NCBI GenBank assembly: GCA_026770705.1
Contig: JANJGN010000052.1
Location: 1,984,001-2,048,000, forward strand
From: Isurus oxyrinchus
Taxonomy: Eukaryota
Length of the DNA: 64,000 nt
Direction: 5' to 3'
The number at the start of each line of letters is the position of its first letter. The stretch's first letter is position 1. Made by a program: the position numbers and the translations under genes. Under the pieces are notes generated by a model, which worked only from the letters and a program-made list of their open reading frames with translations, had not been told where the DNA came from and made no database searches. Of this stretch, positions 24,250 through 36,945 are shown in pieces.

Positions 24250-26210
24250 GGAAGGGGAGCCAATCAATCGGGCTGCTTTGTCCTGGATGGTGTCAAGCTT
24301 CTTGAGTGTTGTTGGAGCTGTGCTCATCCAGGCATGTGGAGAGTATTCCATCACACTCCTGACTTGTGCGTTGTAGATGGTGGACAGGATTTGGGGAGTC
24401 AGGAGGTGAGTTACTGTCTGCAGGGTTCCCAGCCTCTGACCTGCTCTTGCAGCCACAGTGTTTATATGGCTGGTCCAGTTCAGTTTCTGCTCAATGGTAA
24501 CTCCCAGGATGTTGATATTGGGGGATTCATTGATGGTAATGCCATTGAATGCCAAGGGGCGATGGTTATGAATGGTCTGTGGGATACTCTGGTACAAAAT
24601 TTCAACACTCGGACTCCAGATGCAATATTCAAGTGGTTCCTTTATTAGGCATGTGGGGAGCAAACGCTGGGCAGTACAGGTGCTTCTCCACCGAGGTTCA
24701 AATGAGCACAGTTTATATATTTTTTACTCTCAGTTACAAGGTAATGGTATTAGTTAGACAAAGGCCACAGCACAATGATCCTCCGGTGGGCTGATAATTG
24801 TGTTCTTGTACAGTAATTACAGGGCAGAGACTGGCTATTGTCCTTTTGAGACAGCAAAGAATCTATGTTTGTTCGATACAAAAGGTTTCCGGAGGCTGAC
24901 TGGATGTGGTTCAAGGCCATCGGAGGGTGTGAAATAACCTTCCCCATTTCTTGATTGAGTCACCCTGTGTCCTTGTGTGTGTGTCTCCCATTTCCTCATT
25001 GCAAATTTACAGCTGAGCCCTTTGTACAGGTTTTTAGCTTTCACGTAAGGATGTGTACGCTTTGGCACCCTAGCTGCTGGTCCTGGCTGGCTCTTTAAAA
25101 TAAATCCAAATTTTCTGCGCCTTCAGTTAGATTCTCTCTTGTTGGAGCTGGTCATTGCCTGGCACTTGTGTGGCATGAATGTTACTTGTCACCTGTCGGC
25201 CCAAGCCTGGATGTTGTCCAGGTCTTGCTGCATTTGGACATAACTTGCTTCAGTATCTGAGGAGCCGTGAATGGTGCTGAACATTGTGCAAACATCAGCA
25301 AACATCCCCACTTCTGACCTTATGATGGAAGGAAGGTCATTGATGAAGCAGCTGAAGATAGTTGAGCCTCGGACACTACCCTGGAACTCCTGCAGTGATG
25401 TCCTGGAACTGAGATGATTGACCCCCAACAATCACAACCATCGTCCTTTGTGCTGGGTATGACTCCAAGCAGCGGAGAGTTTTCCCCCGATTCCCATTGA
25501 CTCCAGTTTTGCTCGGGCTCCTTGTTTTGCCACACTCAGTCAAATGCTGCCTTGATGTCAAGGACAGTCACTCTCACCTCACCTCTGGAGTTCAGCTCAT
25601 TTGTGCATGTTTGAACCAAGGCTGTAATGAGGCCAGGAGCTGAATGATCCTGGTGGAACACAAACTGAGCGTCAGTGAGCAGGTTCTTGGTAAGCAGGTG
25701 CTGCTTGCAAGCGCTGTTGATGACCCCTTCCATCACTTTAGTAATGATCAAGAATAGACTGCTGGGGAATTGGCTGGGTTGGATTTGTCCTGCTTTTTGT
25801 GTACAGGACGTACCCCATAGCCGGGTAGTTGCCAGTGTTGCAGCGGTACTAGAAAATTCCAGAAAAGCTTGGCTAGGGGCGCAGCAAGTTCTGGAGCACA
25901 AGTCTTCAGTACTATTGCCGGAATAATGTCAGGGTCTGGAGCATTTGCAATATCCAGTGCCTTCAGCCCTTTCTTGATATCACGTGGAATTAATCGAATT
26001 GGCTAAAGATTGGCATCTGTGATGCTGGGGACCTCCGGAGGAGGCCGAGATGGATCAGCCACTCAGCACTTCTGGCTGAAGGTTGTTGCGCATGCTTCAG
26101 TCTTGTCTTTTGCACCGATGTGCTGGGCTCCTCCATCATTGAGGATGGGGATATTTGTGGAGCCTCCTCCTCCAGTGAGTTGTTTAATTGTCCATGACTG
26201 GATGTGACAT
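24250..26210 (-). mobile_element. CR1 LINE RT fragment interrupted by a solo LTR
   Basis: LDIKAAFD, FSCFINDLP...MFAD, YNAQVRSVMEY motifs. Confidence 0.85.
24569..25125 (-). mobile_element. Retroviral-type solo LTR (557 bp)
   Basis: Termini TGAA...TTCA, perfect 4-bp TSD GTTA (24565-24568 and 25126-25129) splitting CR1 sequence; minus-strand AATAAA at 24641-24646. Confidence 0.8.
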
Positions 26211-28069
26211 CTGGAATGCGAAGCTAGTCTCAGTAATGGTGACCATGAAACTAAGGCCAATTGTTGCAAAAACCCATCTGGGTCACTAATGCCCTTTGGG
26301 GAAGGAAACCTGCCGTCCTTACCCATTCTGGCCTACGTGTGACTCCTGACCCACAGCAATGTGGTTGACTCTTAACTGGCCCCTGAAATGGCCGAGCAAG
26401 CCACTGAGTTATATCAAAACCCGCCACAGACCAGTCAAACCAGGTGAACTGCAGCACTTCGAAAAGGCAGCTCAGCACCCCCTTCTCAAGGGGTCAGTCA
26501 GGAACAGGTAACAAACGCTGTCCACATCCCGTGAAAGAATTTTGGTAAAAAGGTAGCCGTGTATCACCACCCACGGCCAGCGCCAACCCCCCCACCCCTA
26601 CCTGATTGCACCAGTTTCAGATTATACCAGGTCAATGAACGGATAGAAACCCAAACCAATGAGATGAGCACAGAGAAGGATCAAGCCAGAGAGAGTTGGT
26701 GGGAAGAATTGGGAAAGCAACAAAAAAGGCAGAGCGGACACTAACACTATAACAAAGTAAAGACCAGAGGAGGAAGGAAGCAAGTGTGAAGAGGAATTGA
26801 GAGTAGAGCTGGTAGGCTGCTTGTCGAAGCCAAGGACCCTCCATAGGTCTCACCCACAGTGCTGTTGGGGAGGGAGATACATGATTTTGACCCAGGATCA
26901 TCAAGTTTTGCACTGGCAGAGCCTTTAAAGAAAAGGGACCTTTACTACCCGTGTCCCCTGCCCAACAAAGCTGTTGACATGCCGAGTCCACCTGTACAGG
27001 CAACCTCCAGACAGTTGACTACAAAGGCCATTGCAGCTGCTGAATATGACTTCCAGTTTCAAAACCTTCATGAATACAAGGATGGGGGATTCAGCAGGAA
27101 TATTCCTGCACATCCTGTGGCAGATCCTGTAAATAAAAGGGACCTTCACTCACTCCTCAAAGCTGCTGACCTGCTGATTCACATCTACAGGCAACCTCCA
27201 AACAGTCGACTAGAGAAGACAATGCAGCTGCTGAATGTGACTCCTAGTTTCAAACCCTTCACACTGGAAAGAAGGAATCCAGAGCAATGGGCCTCACTAT
27301 GATACTTGACAGAAACTGATTTTAACTCTCATCTCTAAGTATTATTTTTCCTTTGCTTACATTTTAATCCCTGCACCTGATGGCTTTATCGCTTCAACTT
27401 AAATAACTTTCAGCAGGAGCCAGGTTCAAATTGAATGGACAAGCAGGCTTGGGGGGCCAAAAGGCCTACTCCTGCTTCTGTTTATTTATGTTTGTGTTGT
27501 TATGTAGTGGAACTAGAGAGGTTATAGCAGTTATGAGAGCATTAAGCAAACAGCAGCAAGAATTGAACACCTACGTTGTGGTTTATGAAAAGGTTTTCAA
27601 CCTGGTCAACTGGTAAAATCTGTTGAAAGTGGGCTATCATGGCGTGTGCCCTTTGTGTGATATTTGTAACAACGTTCTCGATGTCGGAACAGCTTGCATT
27701 GAACAAAGCTGATCTTTACCCAGAACTTCAGAGGAAGGGGGGACAATTGTTCCCTGGTGTGGGGGGCATGGTTGGGGGGGAGGGTGAGGGAGAGACAAGT
27801 AGCCTGAAATACCAAGCCAGACACTTTGTGAAGACAGAAGTTGTTTATTCATTTCTTTTTTACAAATCATAATCTTTACAATTAAAGTCCCGACAAGATA
27901 ATGGTGAATAATGAACACATTGTCGGGGTGAATCTGTGCCCGGGAGCATAAAGCAGCAAAATCAGGAGCCCGCTTTACATCTCTCTGAATTTTAACTATC
28001 ATTAACCCCAGTAACATCCATTCAAATGACTTAGTCATAAGATTCCTCACACATTCACTTGCACACTCA

Positions 28070-28580
28070 CACACCCACACCCACACAGACACACTGACAC
28101 ACTCACTCATTCACATTGACACACACTGACACAGTCACACACACCCACACAGACACACTGACACACTCACTCATTCACATTGACACACACTGACACAGTC
28201 ACACACACCCACACAGACACACTGACACACTCACTCATTCACATTGACACACACTGACACAGTCACACACACCCACACAGACACACTGACACACTCACTC
28301 ATTCACATTGACACACACTGACACAGTCACACACACCCACACAGACACACTGACACACTCACTCATTCACATTGACACACACTGACACAGTCACACACAC
28401 CCACACAGACACACTGACACACTCACTCATTCACATTGACACACACTGACACAGTCACACACACCCACACAGACACACTGACACACTCACTCATTCACAT
28501 TGACACACACTGACAGTCACACACACCCACACAGACACACTGACACACTCACTCATTTACATTGACACACACATATTGAC
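28070..28580. repeat. 64-bp CA-rich minisatellite, about 8 copies, in the probable hepcidin 3' UTR
   Basis: ccacacagac anchor at 28081, 28145, 28209 and onward; first minus-strand AATAAA I found downstream of the stop is at 27844-27849. Confidence 0.9.
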
Positions 28581-28932
28581 AGTCACACACACACACACAC
28601 ACGCTCATAAAGACAGACACAAACACAGTCACGTGAGGTGAATAGTGTCGATGTATTTAAGGGGAAGCTGGATAAACACACGAGGGAGAAATGAATAGAA
28701 GGATATGGTGATGGGGTGAGATGGAGAAGGGGTGGGCGGAGACTCGTGTGGAGCAGAAACACCAGCATGGAGCAGATGGGCCGAATGGCTTCTTTCCCTG
28801 CTGTAAAACGCAGGTAAAGTTTCAGTTGGAATTAATGAACAGGGCCTGTGTGAAATAGATTGCTAAGCAATGATAAGGAGGGGAGAGGCTGTGGCATGGT
28901 GCAGGATGACCTTGCGTGAATGAGGCCAGGGT

Positions 28933-29043
28933 CTAATATCTACAGCAGAGACCACAAGTCTCATTTGATTCTCTCGAATTACAGCAGTTACAGCAGAATC
29001 TGCAGAATCTGCCCATTCTCTTCTGGCGCTGCAGCAAGGAGCC
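28933..29043 (-). CDS. HAMP: Hepcidin exon 3: GSLLQRQKR | MGRFCRFCCNCCNSRESNETCGLCCRY*
   Basis: Acceptor tcctgcttttccag, phase 0, 111 nt; furin site RQKR followed by the 8-Cys C-x2-CC-x-CC-xn-C-G-x-CC hepcidin signature. Confidence 0.93.
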   Translation of the reverse strand, partial: GSLLQRQKRMGRFCRFCCNCCNSRESNETCGLCCRY

Positions 29044-31344
29044 CTGGAAAAGCAGGAGCACAATAGGTGAGAACATTCCGGAAAGAAAGAAGGCATCATT
29101 TCAATCAGGCGCGTCATTGGAAGGAGGATGGCGCATTTCTATAGCGCCTTTCCCCTCCTCAGGATGGCCCAAAGTGTTCCACAGCTGAAGGAAGGACTTT
29201 TTCTGAAGTGGGCTCACCGCTGTAATGTAGGAAACGCAGCAGGCAATTCACGCACAGCAAGATCCCACAAACAGAAATGTGATAATGGCCCCGATTTTCA
29301 GTTTTTTACCAATGTCAGTTGAGGGATAAATGTTTGCCCCAGGAAAGTGGACATAACTCCACCCATCCAGCCCCCACCACCCCCTCCACACATACCCCCC
29401 AACTCCTGACGCACTTCATTTAAATTGTGGCCATGGAATCCTCTATATCCACCTGAGAGGGCAGATTGGTTGCCCCAGTTTAATGTCTCATCTGAAAGAC
29501 AGCGCCTTCAACAGTGCAGCACCCCCTCAGTACTGACCCTCCGACTGTGCAGCACTCCCTCAGTACTGACTCTGACAATGCAGCACATCCTCAGTACTGA
29601 CCCTCCAACAGTGCAGCACTCCCTCAAGACTGACCCTCTGACAATGCAACACTCCCTCAGTACTGACCCTCCGACTGTGCATCCCCCCGCCGGTACTGAC
29701 CCTTCGACAGTGCAACACTCCCTCAAGACTGACCCTCTGACAATGCAGCACTCCCTCAGTACTGACCCTCTGACAATGCAGCACACCCTCAATACTGACC
29801 CTCCGATAGCTCGGTCATTCCTCAATTACGCCTGGTGGTCCTTTTAACTCAGAGCTGAGAGTCGCAGAGAATCGAGCAGACACCCTGAACTGACACTTGC
29901 AGTGCAAGTACTGGGAGTGCGCTGGTCATTATCATGCTGCTGTCTGTGGGATCTTACTGTGCGCCAATGGATGATTCTTTTCCCACATTACATCAGTGAC
30001 CTCACATGAAAGAAAAAAGCACTTGATTGTCTGCGAAACACTTTGGGACGTCCTGATGTGTTGGAAGGCGCTAGAGAAATGCAAGTCCTCTTTGTCTTTC
30101 ACTCGATCCTCTAAGGTGTCTGTTGATTAACCAGCCTCTCGGTGTTTGATGTAGGCCTGGTTATAAACAGTTAGAAGGATCAAATATCAAAAATGCTTTG
30201 GCTGACAGTCAAACCGATTGTGCATTCGGAGAGATGAGATACGGTCTGCGCACAATGACTCCAGTCTCTGGCACTGACTGCCGCCTGGGGTCTCCCTTCC
30301 ACATAACACTCACAACTTGCATTTACACAGCGCCTCTGACATTGCAAAATGTCCCAGCCCACATTACCGGAGCGTAAATCAGAGAGAAGTCTAACACTGA
30401 GTCACATATGGAGATATTAGGGATAGGTGACCAAAAGCTTGGTCAAAGATGTCAGTTTTTAAGGAGCGTCTTAAAGGAGAGAGAGAGAGAGAGGCAGAGA
30501 GGTTAAGGGAGGGTATTCCGGAGCTCAGGGCCCCAGGCAGCTGAAGGCACGGCCACCAATGGTGGAGCGATGGGAATCAGGGGGACCCGGGAGATGCAGT
30601 AATGTCAGAGATTTTGGAGGAACATCGGGACCGGAGGAGGTGTTCTCCTGCTCCATATCTCTCTCTCTCTTCCTCTCATCCACTCCTCCTCTCCCTGTCT
30701 CTCTCTCTCCTACTCTTCCGCTCAATTGCCCTCTCTCCCAATCTTTCTCTCCTCTCTCCCTTTTCCTGTCTCTCTCCCTCTCTCTCCCCTGTCTCCTTCT
30801 CCCACTCTGTATCTCTCCCTCTCTCTCACACTATTTTTGTACCTTTCGCTCACTCTGTAACTCTCCCTTTCCTGTTAATTTCTCTCTCTTGGACAATCTC
30901 TCTTCCCTTTTCACTTTCCCTCACTCTGCATCTCTTTAATTTCTCCCTCTGTCACTCTCTCCCACCTATGTTCTTTCCCTTTCACCCCTCCCCGTCCCAC
31001 TCTCTGTCTCTCTCTTCCAATCCCTCCCTCCCCCATTCCATCCCTCTCTCCGACTCTCGACTCCCAGCCTCTCGTTAACCCACTCCCAGGCTGGATCAGT
31101 CTCCCTCTCACTATTCCCGGCGTGGGTTACATTTAAAATTCCTGTGGGGATATGTTCACTTCCTTGGAATTGCCTCTTCCCAGCTTTGCAAAAAAGTTGG
31201 GCGGTGGGGGGGGCTCGATTTCAAACATGCCTCCTGAGTATAACCGAGACAGACTGCCACTGAAATCAGCTTGAAATCAGAAAACTTTCTGTGGAAGAAA
31301 CGAGCGGGGAGAAACCTTAAAATAAGGAATGAATTTCCACCTAC

Positions 31345-31401
31345 CGTGTCCGGGGAATCCACAGATTTCTCAATCGTCGAAGAACCTAAAGCAGTGTCAA
31401 C
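31345..31401 (-). CDS. HAMP: Hepcidin exon 2 (pro-region VDTALGSSTIEKSVDSPDT)
   Basis: Acceptor ttctttctttttgcag, donor ACG|gtaggt, 57 nt phase 0-0, the size expected for HAMP exon 2. Confidence 0.85.
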
Positions 31402-33207
31402 CTGCAAAAAGAAAGAATTTATCAGGGAGAAAGTGAGAGGAGGATTGAGGGAGAGGGAGAGAGAGAGAGAGAGGTACAGGAGAGAGAGGGGGAGGAGGAC
31501 AGACTTGCATTTCTCTAACGCCTTTCACCACATCCCAAAGCATTTCACAGCCACTGAAGGATGTTTTTGAAGTGCACTCACACTGTAGGAAATGTGGCAG
31601 CTGATTTGTGCACAGCAAGATCCCACAAATAGCAATGTGATCATGGCCTAGATCATCTGTTTTTGGTGATGTTGGGTGAGGGATAAATATTGGTCCCAGG
31701 ACACCGGGGAGAACACCCCCTGCTCTTCCTCCAAATAGTGGCTGTGGGATCTTTCACACCCGCCCGAGAGGGCAGACGGGGGACTCGGTTTAATGTCTCA
31801 TTCAACATTGTTGTGCTCCCTCAGTACTAACCCTTTGACACTGCAGCACTCCCTCAGTACTAACCCTTCGATAGTGCTGCACTCCCACAGTATTGTCCCT
31901 CCGTCAGTGCAGCGCTACCTCAGTACTGACCCTCCGACAGTGCAACACTTCCACAGTACTGACCCTGTAACAATGCAGCACTTCCTCAGTACTGACCTCC
32001 GACAGTATAGCACTCACTCAGTACTGTCCCTCCAATAGTGCAACACTTCCACACTACTGACCCTCTGACAGTCCAGCACTCCCTCAGCACGGAGTGTTGA
32101 CCGACGTTATGGGACTGAATTCCCTGGAGTGAGACTCAGACCAGAGATTTAGGTAGGGTTGTTCCGGCTGGAGGAGGTTACAGAGATAGGGAGGGTTGTA
32201 GAGGCTGTAGGAGGTAACAGAGATAGGGAGGGTTCTAGAGGCTGTAGGAGGTGACAGAGATAGGGAAGGTTGTAGGGGCTGTAGGAGGTTACAGAGATAG
32301 GGAGGTGAGTAGGGGCTGTAGGAGGTTAAAGAGATGGGGGGGTTGTGGGGGCTGGAGGAGGTTACAGAGGTAGGGAGGGTTGTAGAGGCTGGAGGAGGTT
32401 ACCAAAATAGATACTGTTGTAGGGGCCATAGTAGGTTACAGAGATAGGGAGAGTTATAGTGTGGAGAGGACGTTATAGAGTTCATGAGCATTGTAGGGGC
32501 TGGAGGAGGTTACAGTGATTCTGAGGGTCGTGGGGCCTGGAGGAGGTTACAGAGATAGGGAGGGTTGTAGGGCCTGGAGGAGGTTACAGAGATAGGGAGG
32601 GTTGTAGGGTCTGGAGCAGGTTACAGAGATAGGGAGGGTTGTAGGGTCTAGAGGAGGTTACAGTGATCATGAGGGTTGTGGGGCCTGGGGGAGGTTACAG
32701 AGATAGGTAGGGTTGTAGGGGCTGGAGGAGGTTACAGAGATAGGGAGGTTTATAGGGGCTGGAGGAGGTTACAGAGATAGGGAGGGTTGTAGGGGCTGGA
32801 GGAGGTTACGGAGATAGGGACAGTTGTAGGGGCTGGAGGAAGTTACAGAGATAGGGATTGCTGTAGGGGCTGGAGGAGGTTACAGATATAGGGAGGGTTG
32901 TAGCGGCTGGAGAAGGTTACAGAGATAGGGAGGGGTGTAGGGGCTGGAGGAGGTTACAGAGATAGGGAGGGTTGTAAGGCCTGGTGGAGGTTACAGAGAT
33001 AGGGAGTGGCTGAGGAGGGATTGAAAACAAGAATGAGAATTTCAGGGGAAATGACAGAAGGAAATGATGTTAAATTCATAGAGGGCGACAATATTAAAGG
33101 CACGAACATAATAATATCAAACTGCGGAAGAGACCAGTCTATCTGGGTGGTAGACGTAGCGTCATGTGCAAGAAACACCTCACCCAGAGGGACATCTCTT
33201 AGCTTAC

Positions 33208-33300
33208 CCTCGACAAGGAGAAGAAGTGACTCAGCTGCAGGGAGAGCAGCAAAGTCAGAGTGAACAAGACAAGTCGCCATTTCATCTGGGAGCTTCCCAT
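33208..33300 (-). CDS. HAMP: Hepcidin exon 1 (signal peptide MGSSQMKWRLVLFTLTLLLSLQLSHFFSLSR)
   Basis: ATG at 33300, hydrophobic core, donor AGG|gtaagc phase 0; total prepropeptide 86 aa. Confidence 0.87.
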
Positions 33301-33370
33301 CTCTGCCTGTCTCTTCTGATCTTCTGGCTCTGCTTTGATGCTTTGGTTTGTAACTAGAGGAGCTTCCTGC

Positions 33371-33583
33371 TCTTATACCTGAAACACTTGAAGGGGACAG
33401 CCGGGGGCGGGTTGCTGTGTGGTATCACACCCATTTCTGGATATTGCAGTGTCGATGTTCCCTGTCCCACTGGCCTGGGACCAGCAGTAAGGTCACTGGG
33501 ACATTGACTGTCTGGCACCGAGAACTATCAGTCCCTCCGCAACGCCCTTCACCTTGTGCAAATATGTGTTCATATTGATGCAA
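33371..33583 (-). promoter_or_regulatory. Hepcidin proximal promoter
   Basis: TATAAGA at 33377-33371, GC box near 33404, imperfect STAT-like site 33434-33443, GGCACC near 33514, C/EBP-type ttgtgcaa 33554-33561 and tgatgcaa 33576-33583. Confidence 0.55.
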
Positions 33584-33929
33584 CACAACGTAGCAAAAAC
33601 AGAGGGGCTGGTTCTTATGTCGGCAAATCAGGTGAACCGCATGCCCTCTAACCCCTTACTCCTCTCATTGCTACACTTACTATTTTACAAATTGTGTGCG
33701 TTGCTTTTATTTTGGACAAGGGGCCTCGAGGGGGAACTGATTTACGCTGAGGTTTAGGGGTTAACTGTTTACCATGTGGAGACTGTTACCAGCTTTGTTC
33801 ATGGTTTATCCAGGAACATTGAAGGGCATGAACGTTCTTGCTTTGTATGGAACAAGTTACCAACTGGGTTCAGTCATCGACTCAGACTCACATCAACATA
33901 AACTGGCTTCTGACAGGTAAGTTTCTATT

Positions 33930-34520
33930 ACATGAGGGTAGGAGGAGGCCATTTGGCCCCTCGAGCCTGCTCCACCATTCAATGAGATCATGGCTGATCT
34001 GCAAACTAGCCCCATATGGCTTTGTCCCATCTCCTTTAATACCTTTGGATAACAAAAATCTATCAGTCTCACAGGTTTAAAATGAACAACTTGATCGTGC
34101 ATCAGTTCCTGTTTGGGGAAGAGAGTTCCAAATTTCTCCCACCCTTTGTACTTCCTAATTTAATTCCTTTTTAGGCTCTGACCCCGAGTCCCAGACTCCC
34201 CCCAACCAGGGGAAATGGTTTCTCTTTATCGCCCCCGATCTGTTCCCCTTATTATCATGCGAACTTTCATCAAATCTCCTGCTTAACATTCTAACTTCCA
34301 GGGAATACAAGCCGAGTTTGTGTTTAATCTCTCCTTGTGATTTAACCCTTGGAGTCCCGGTCTCATTCTGGTAAACTGACACTGCTCTCCCTCCGAGGTC
34401 AATATATCCTTCCTAAGGTGTGGGGCCCAGAATGTCTCACAGTGACTCCAGGTGTGGTCTAGCCAGGGCTTTATGTAGACTGAAGCATGACCTCTGCCCC
34501 CTTATATTCTAATCCGTGAG
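33930..34520 (-). mobile_element. Degenerate CR1 3' fragment
   Basis: LGLYSLE and LEYKGAEVMLQ motifs, CR1-like tail. Confidence 0.7.
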
Positions 34521-36619
34521 ATAGAAAGGGCAGAGTTCCAGAATTGTTGTGTTTATTCGACAACAGAATAACAGAGGAAGGTTTCCTCTCTGCCCTCTTC
34601 AGCCCCACTGGGAAGGTCAGGATGAGAAGGTTGGGCTGGGTCCCCTGTACTGGACACTCGCTGAATCTTCCAATGATAGTTCTGGGCTGGATTTCAAAAC
34701 GCATAGACAAGGATTCAGTGTTCCATCACATTCTGCCTTTGTCTCTTTTCCTCTCATTCTCTTTCTCTACCATCCTCTCTCTCTATCTATCTATCTTTCT
34801 CCTCATTCTCTCCTGCTTCATCTCTATCACTTTCTTTCTACTTCTTTGTGTGTCTCTGTCTGTCTCTCTCTCTCACTCTTTCTTTCCTTGTCCTTATCTC
34901 TTTCAGTGTCTCCCTCTTTCTCTCTCTCTCTCTCTCTCTCTAAATGTGACCCTCTCTAACAGTTTGGCCCAGTACTCTTATTTCCCTGTTTTACTGGTGT
35001 TCCATTTGAAGGTATACAAGACCAGATCAGACCAGAATGTTTATTTTCCAGTATTTACTGTGTTTTTTTCATTCTGGGTGTCTCTCGACTCTGTCTGTCC
35101 CTCTCTGTCCTTTTATTTCATTCTTTCATGTGATGTGGACATCACTGCCTAGGCCAGCATTTATTGCCCAACCCTAATTGCCCTTGTTCAGAGGCCACTT
35201 TTTAAAAGTGAACCACATTGCTGTGGGTCTGGAGTCACATGTAGGCCAGACCAGGTAAGGACAGCAGATTTCCCTCCCTAAAGGGCATTTGTGACCCTAA
35301 TACAAGAATCAGCAATGGTTTCCTGGTCATCATCGGACTTTTAATTCCAGGTTTTTATTGAATTGAAATTCCACCAACTGCTGTGGTGAGATTCTAACCA
35401 GGGTCCCAGGAGCATTACACTGGGTCTCTGGATTACTGGTCCAGCGAAAATACCATCAGGCCCCCTCCTCCCCACTCTTCCCTTCCACCATCTTTCACAA
35501 TCGCTCTCTCTCTCTCTCACTCTCCTTCTCTCTTCCCCCTCTCTCAGTCTCTGTCTGTCTCTCAATCTCTCTATCGTTCTCTATCTCCTGGAGGCTCTCT
35601 CTCTGACTGTCTCCCTCCCTATATCTGTAACCTCCTCTCTCTGTCCCTTTCCTCCAGCCCCTACAACCCTCCCTATCTCTGTAACCTCCACCTGCCCCTA
35701 CAATCCTCCCCATCTCTGTAACCTCCTCCACCTCCCACAACCCTCCCTATATCTGTAACCTCCTCCACAAGCCCATACAATCCTCCCTATCCCTGTAACA
35801 ACCTCCAGCCCGACAACACCCCTATACATGTCACCTCCTCTAGCCACTGTAACCCTAATAATCTCCCAAGCCTCCACCAGCCTTGACAATCCTGCCCATC
35901 TCTGTAACATCCTCCAACCACCACAACCCTCCCTATTTCTGTAATCTCTTCCAGTCCCTACAACCCTCCCTATCTCTACAACCTGCTCCACCCCCTGCAA
36001 CTCGCCCTATCTCTGTGTCATCCTCCAGCCCCTACAACCCTCCCTATACCTGTAACCTCCTCCAGCCCCTACAACCCTCCCTATCTCTGGAACAGCTTCC
36101 AGCACCTACAACCCTCCCTATCTCTGTAACCTCCTCCAGCCCCTACAACACTCCTTATCTCTGTAACCTCCTCCAGCCCCTACAACCCTCCCTATCTCTG
36201 TAACCTCCTCCAGCCCCTGTAACCCTCCCCATCTCTTGAAGGGTTCTCAAAATTTCCAACTGTCAAGGAACCCTGGGTTGGTGAGCGTGACCCCTGACCT
36301 CTCCTAGTGCAATTTAGTTAGGGTTTGGGGGTGGGACAAGGGTAAGGGCATTAGTAGCGTGATTCTCCCTCGGTATGCCGTGTGTTCCCCATTCTTAACT
36401 CAGTGTACTTTGTAAGTCTGTATAATCTCAGTGTCATCCTAATGTTAGAAGTTCATTTGTGACTTCAGTAAACTCAGTTTTTGTCTTGCACCAAAACCAG
36501 TTGTCTGCTGCACTTTGTGACAAGCCCCGAATAAGTCCAAGGTCTAGAACCCAGGGAGTGGGAGCGATTCAGACGGCTCAGAAGTCGCAGGTGAAGCTGA
36601 CACACACCACCACACCCTA

Positions 36620-36945
36620 CAAGGGGCTGAATGGCCTCCTCCTGTTCCTGTGTAATGGGCTTCAGTGGCTGAATGGCCTCCTCCTGTTCCTGTATAACGG
36701 ACATAAGTGGCAGAATGGCCTCCTCCTGTTTCTGTGTAACAGTCTTGAGGGGGCTGAATGGCCTCCTCCTGTTCCTGTGTAACAGTCTCGAGGGGGCTGA
36801 ATGGGCCTCTTCTGGTTCCTGTGTAACAGGCTCGAGGGGACTGAATGGCCTCCTCCTGTTCCTGTGTAACAGGCTTGAGGGGGCTGAATGGCCTCCTCCT
36901 GTTCCTGTGTAACAGGCTCAAGGGGCTGAATGGCCTCCTTCTGCT
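36620..36945. repeat. 42-43-bp minisatellite derived from a CR1 3' tail (ggggctgaatggcctcctcctgttcctgtgtaacaggctcga)
   Basis: About 7 tandem copies. Confidence 0.85.

Noticed and set aside
32954-33280. ORF MATCLVHSDF... and ORF 28863-29117
   Set aside because: Out-of-frame readings over hepcidin exons 1 and 3.
34544-35152. 202-aa hydrophobic ORF resembling a multi-pass membrane protein
   Set aside because: Hydrophobicity comes from CT-rich low-complexity DNA; no splice or family support.
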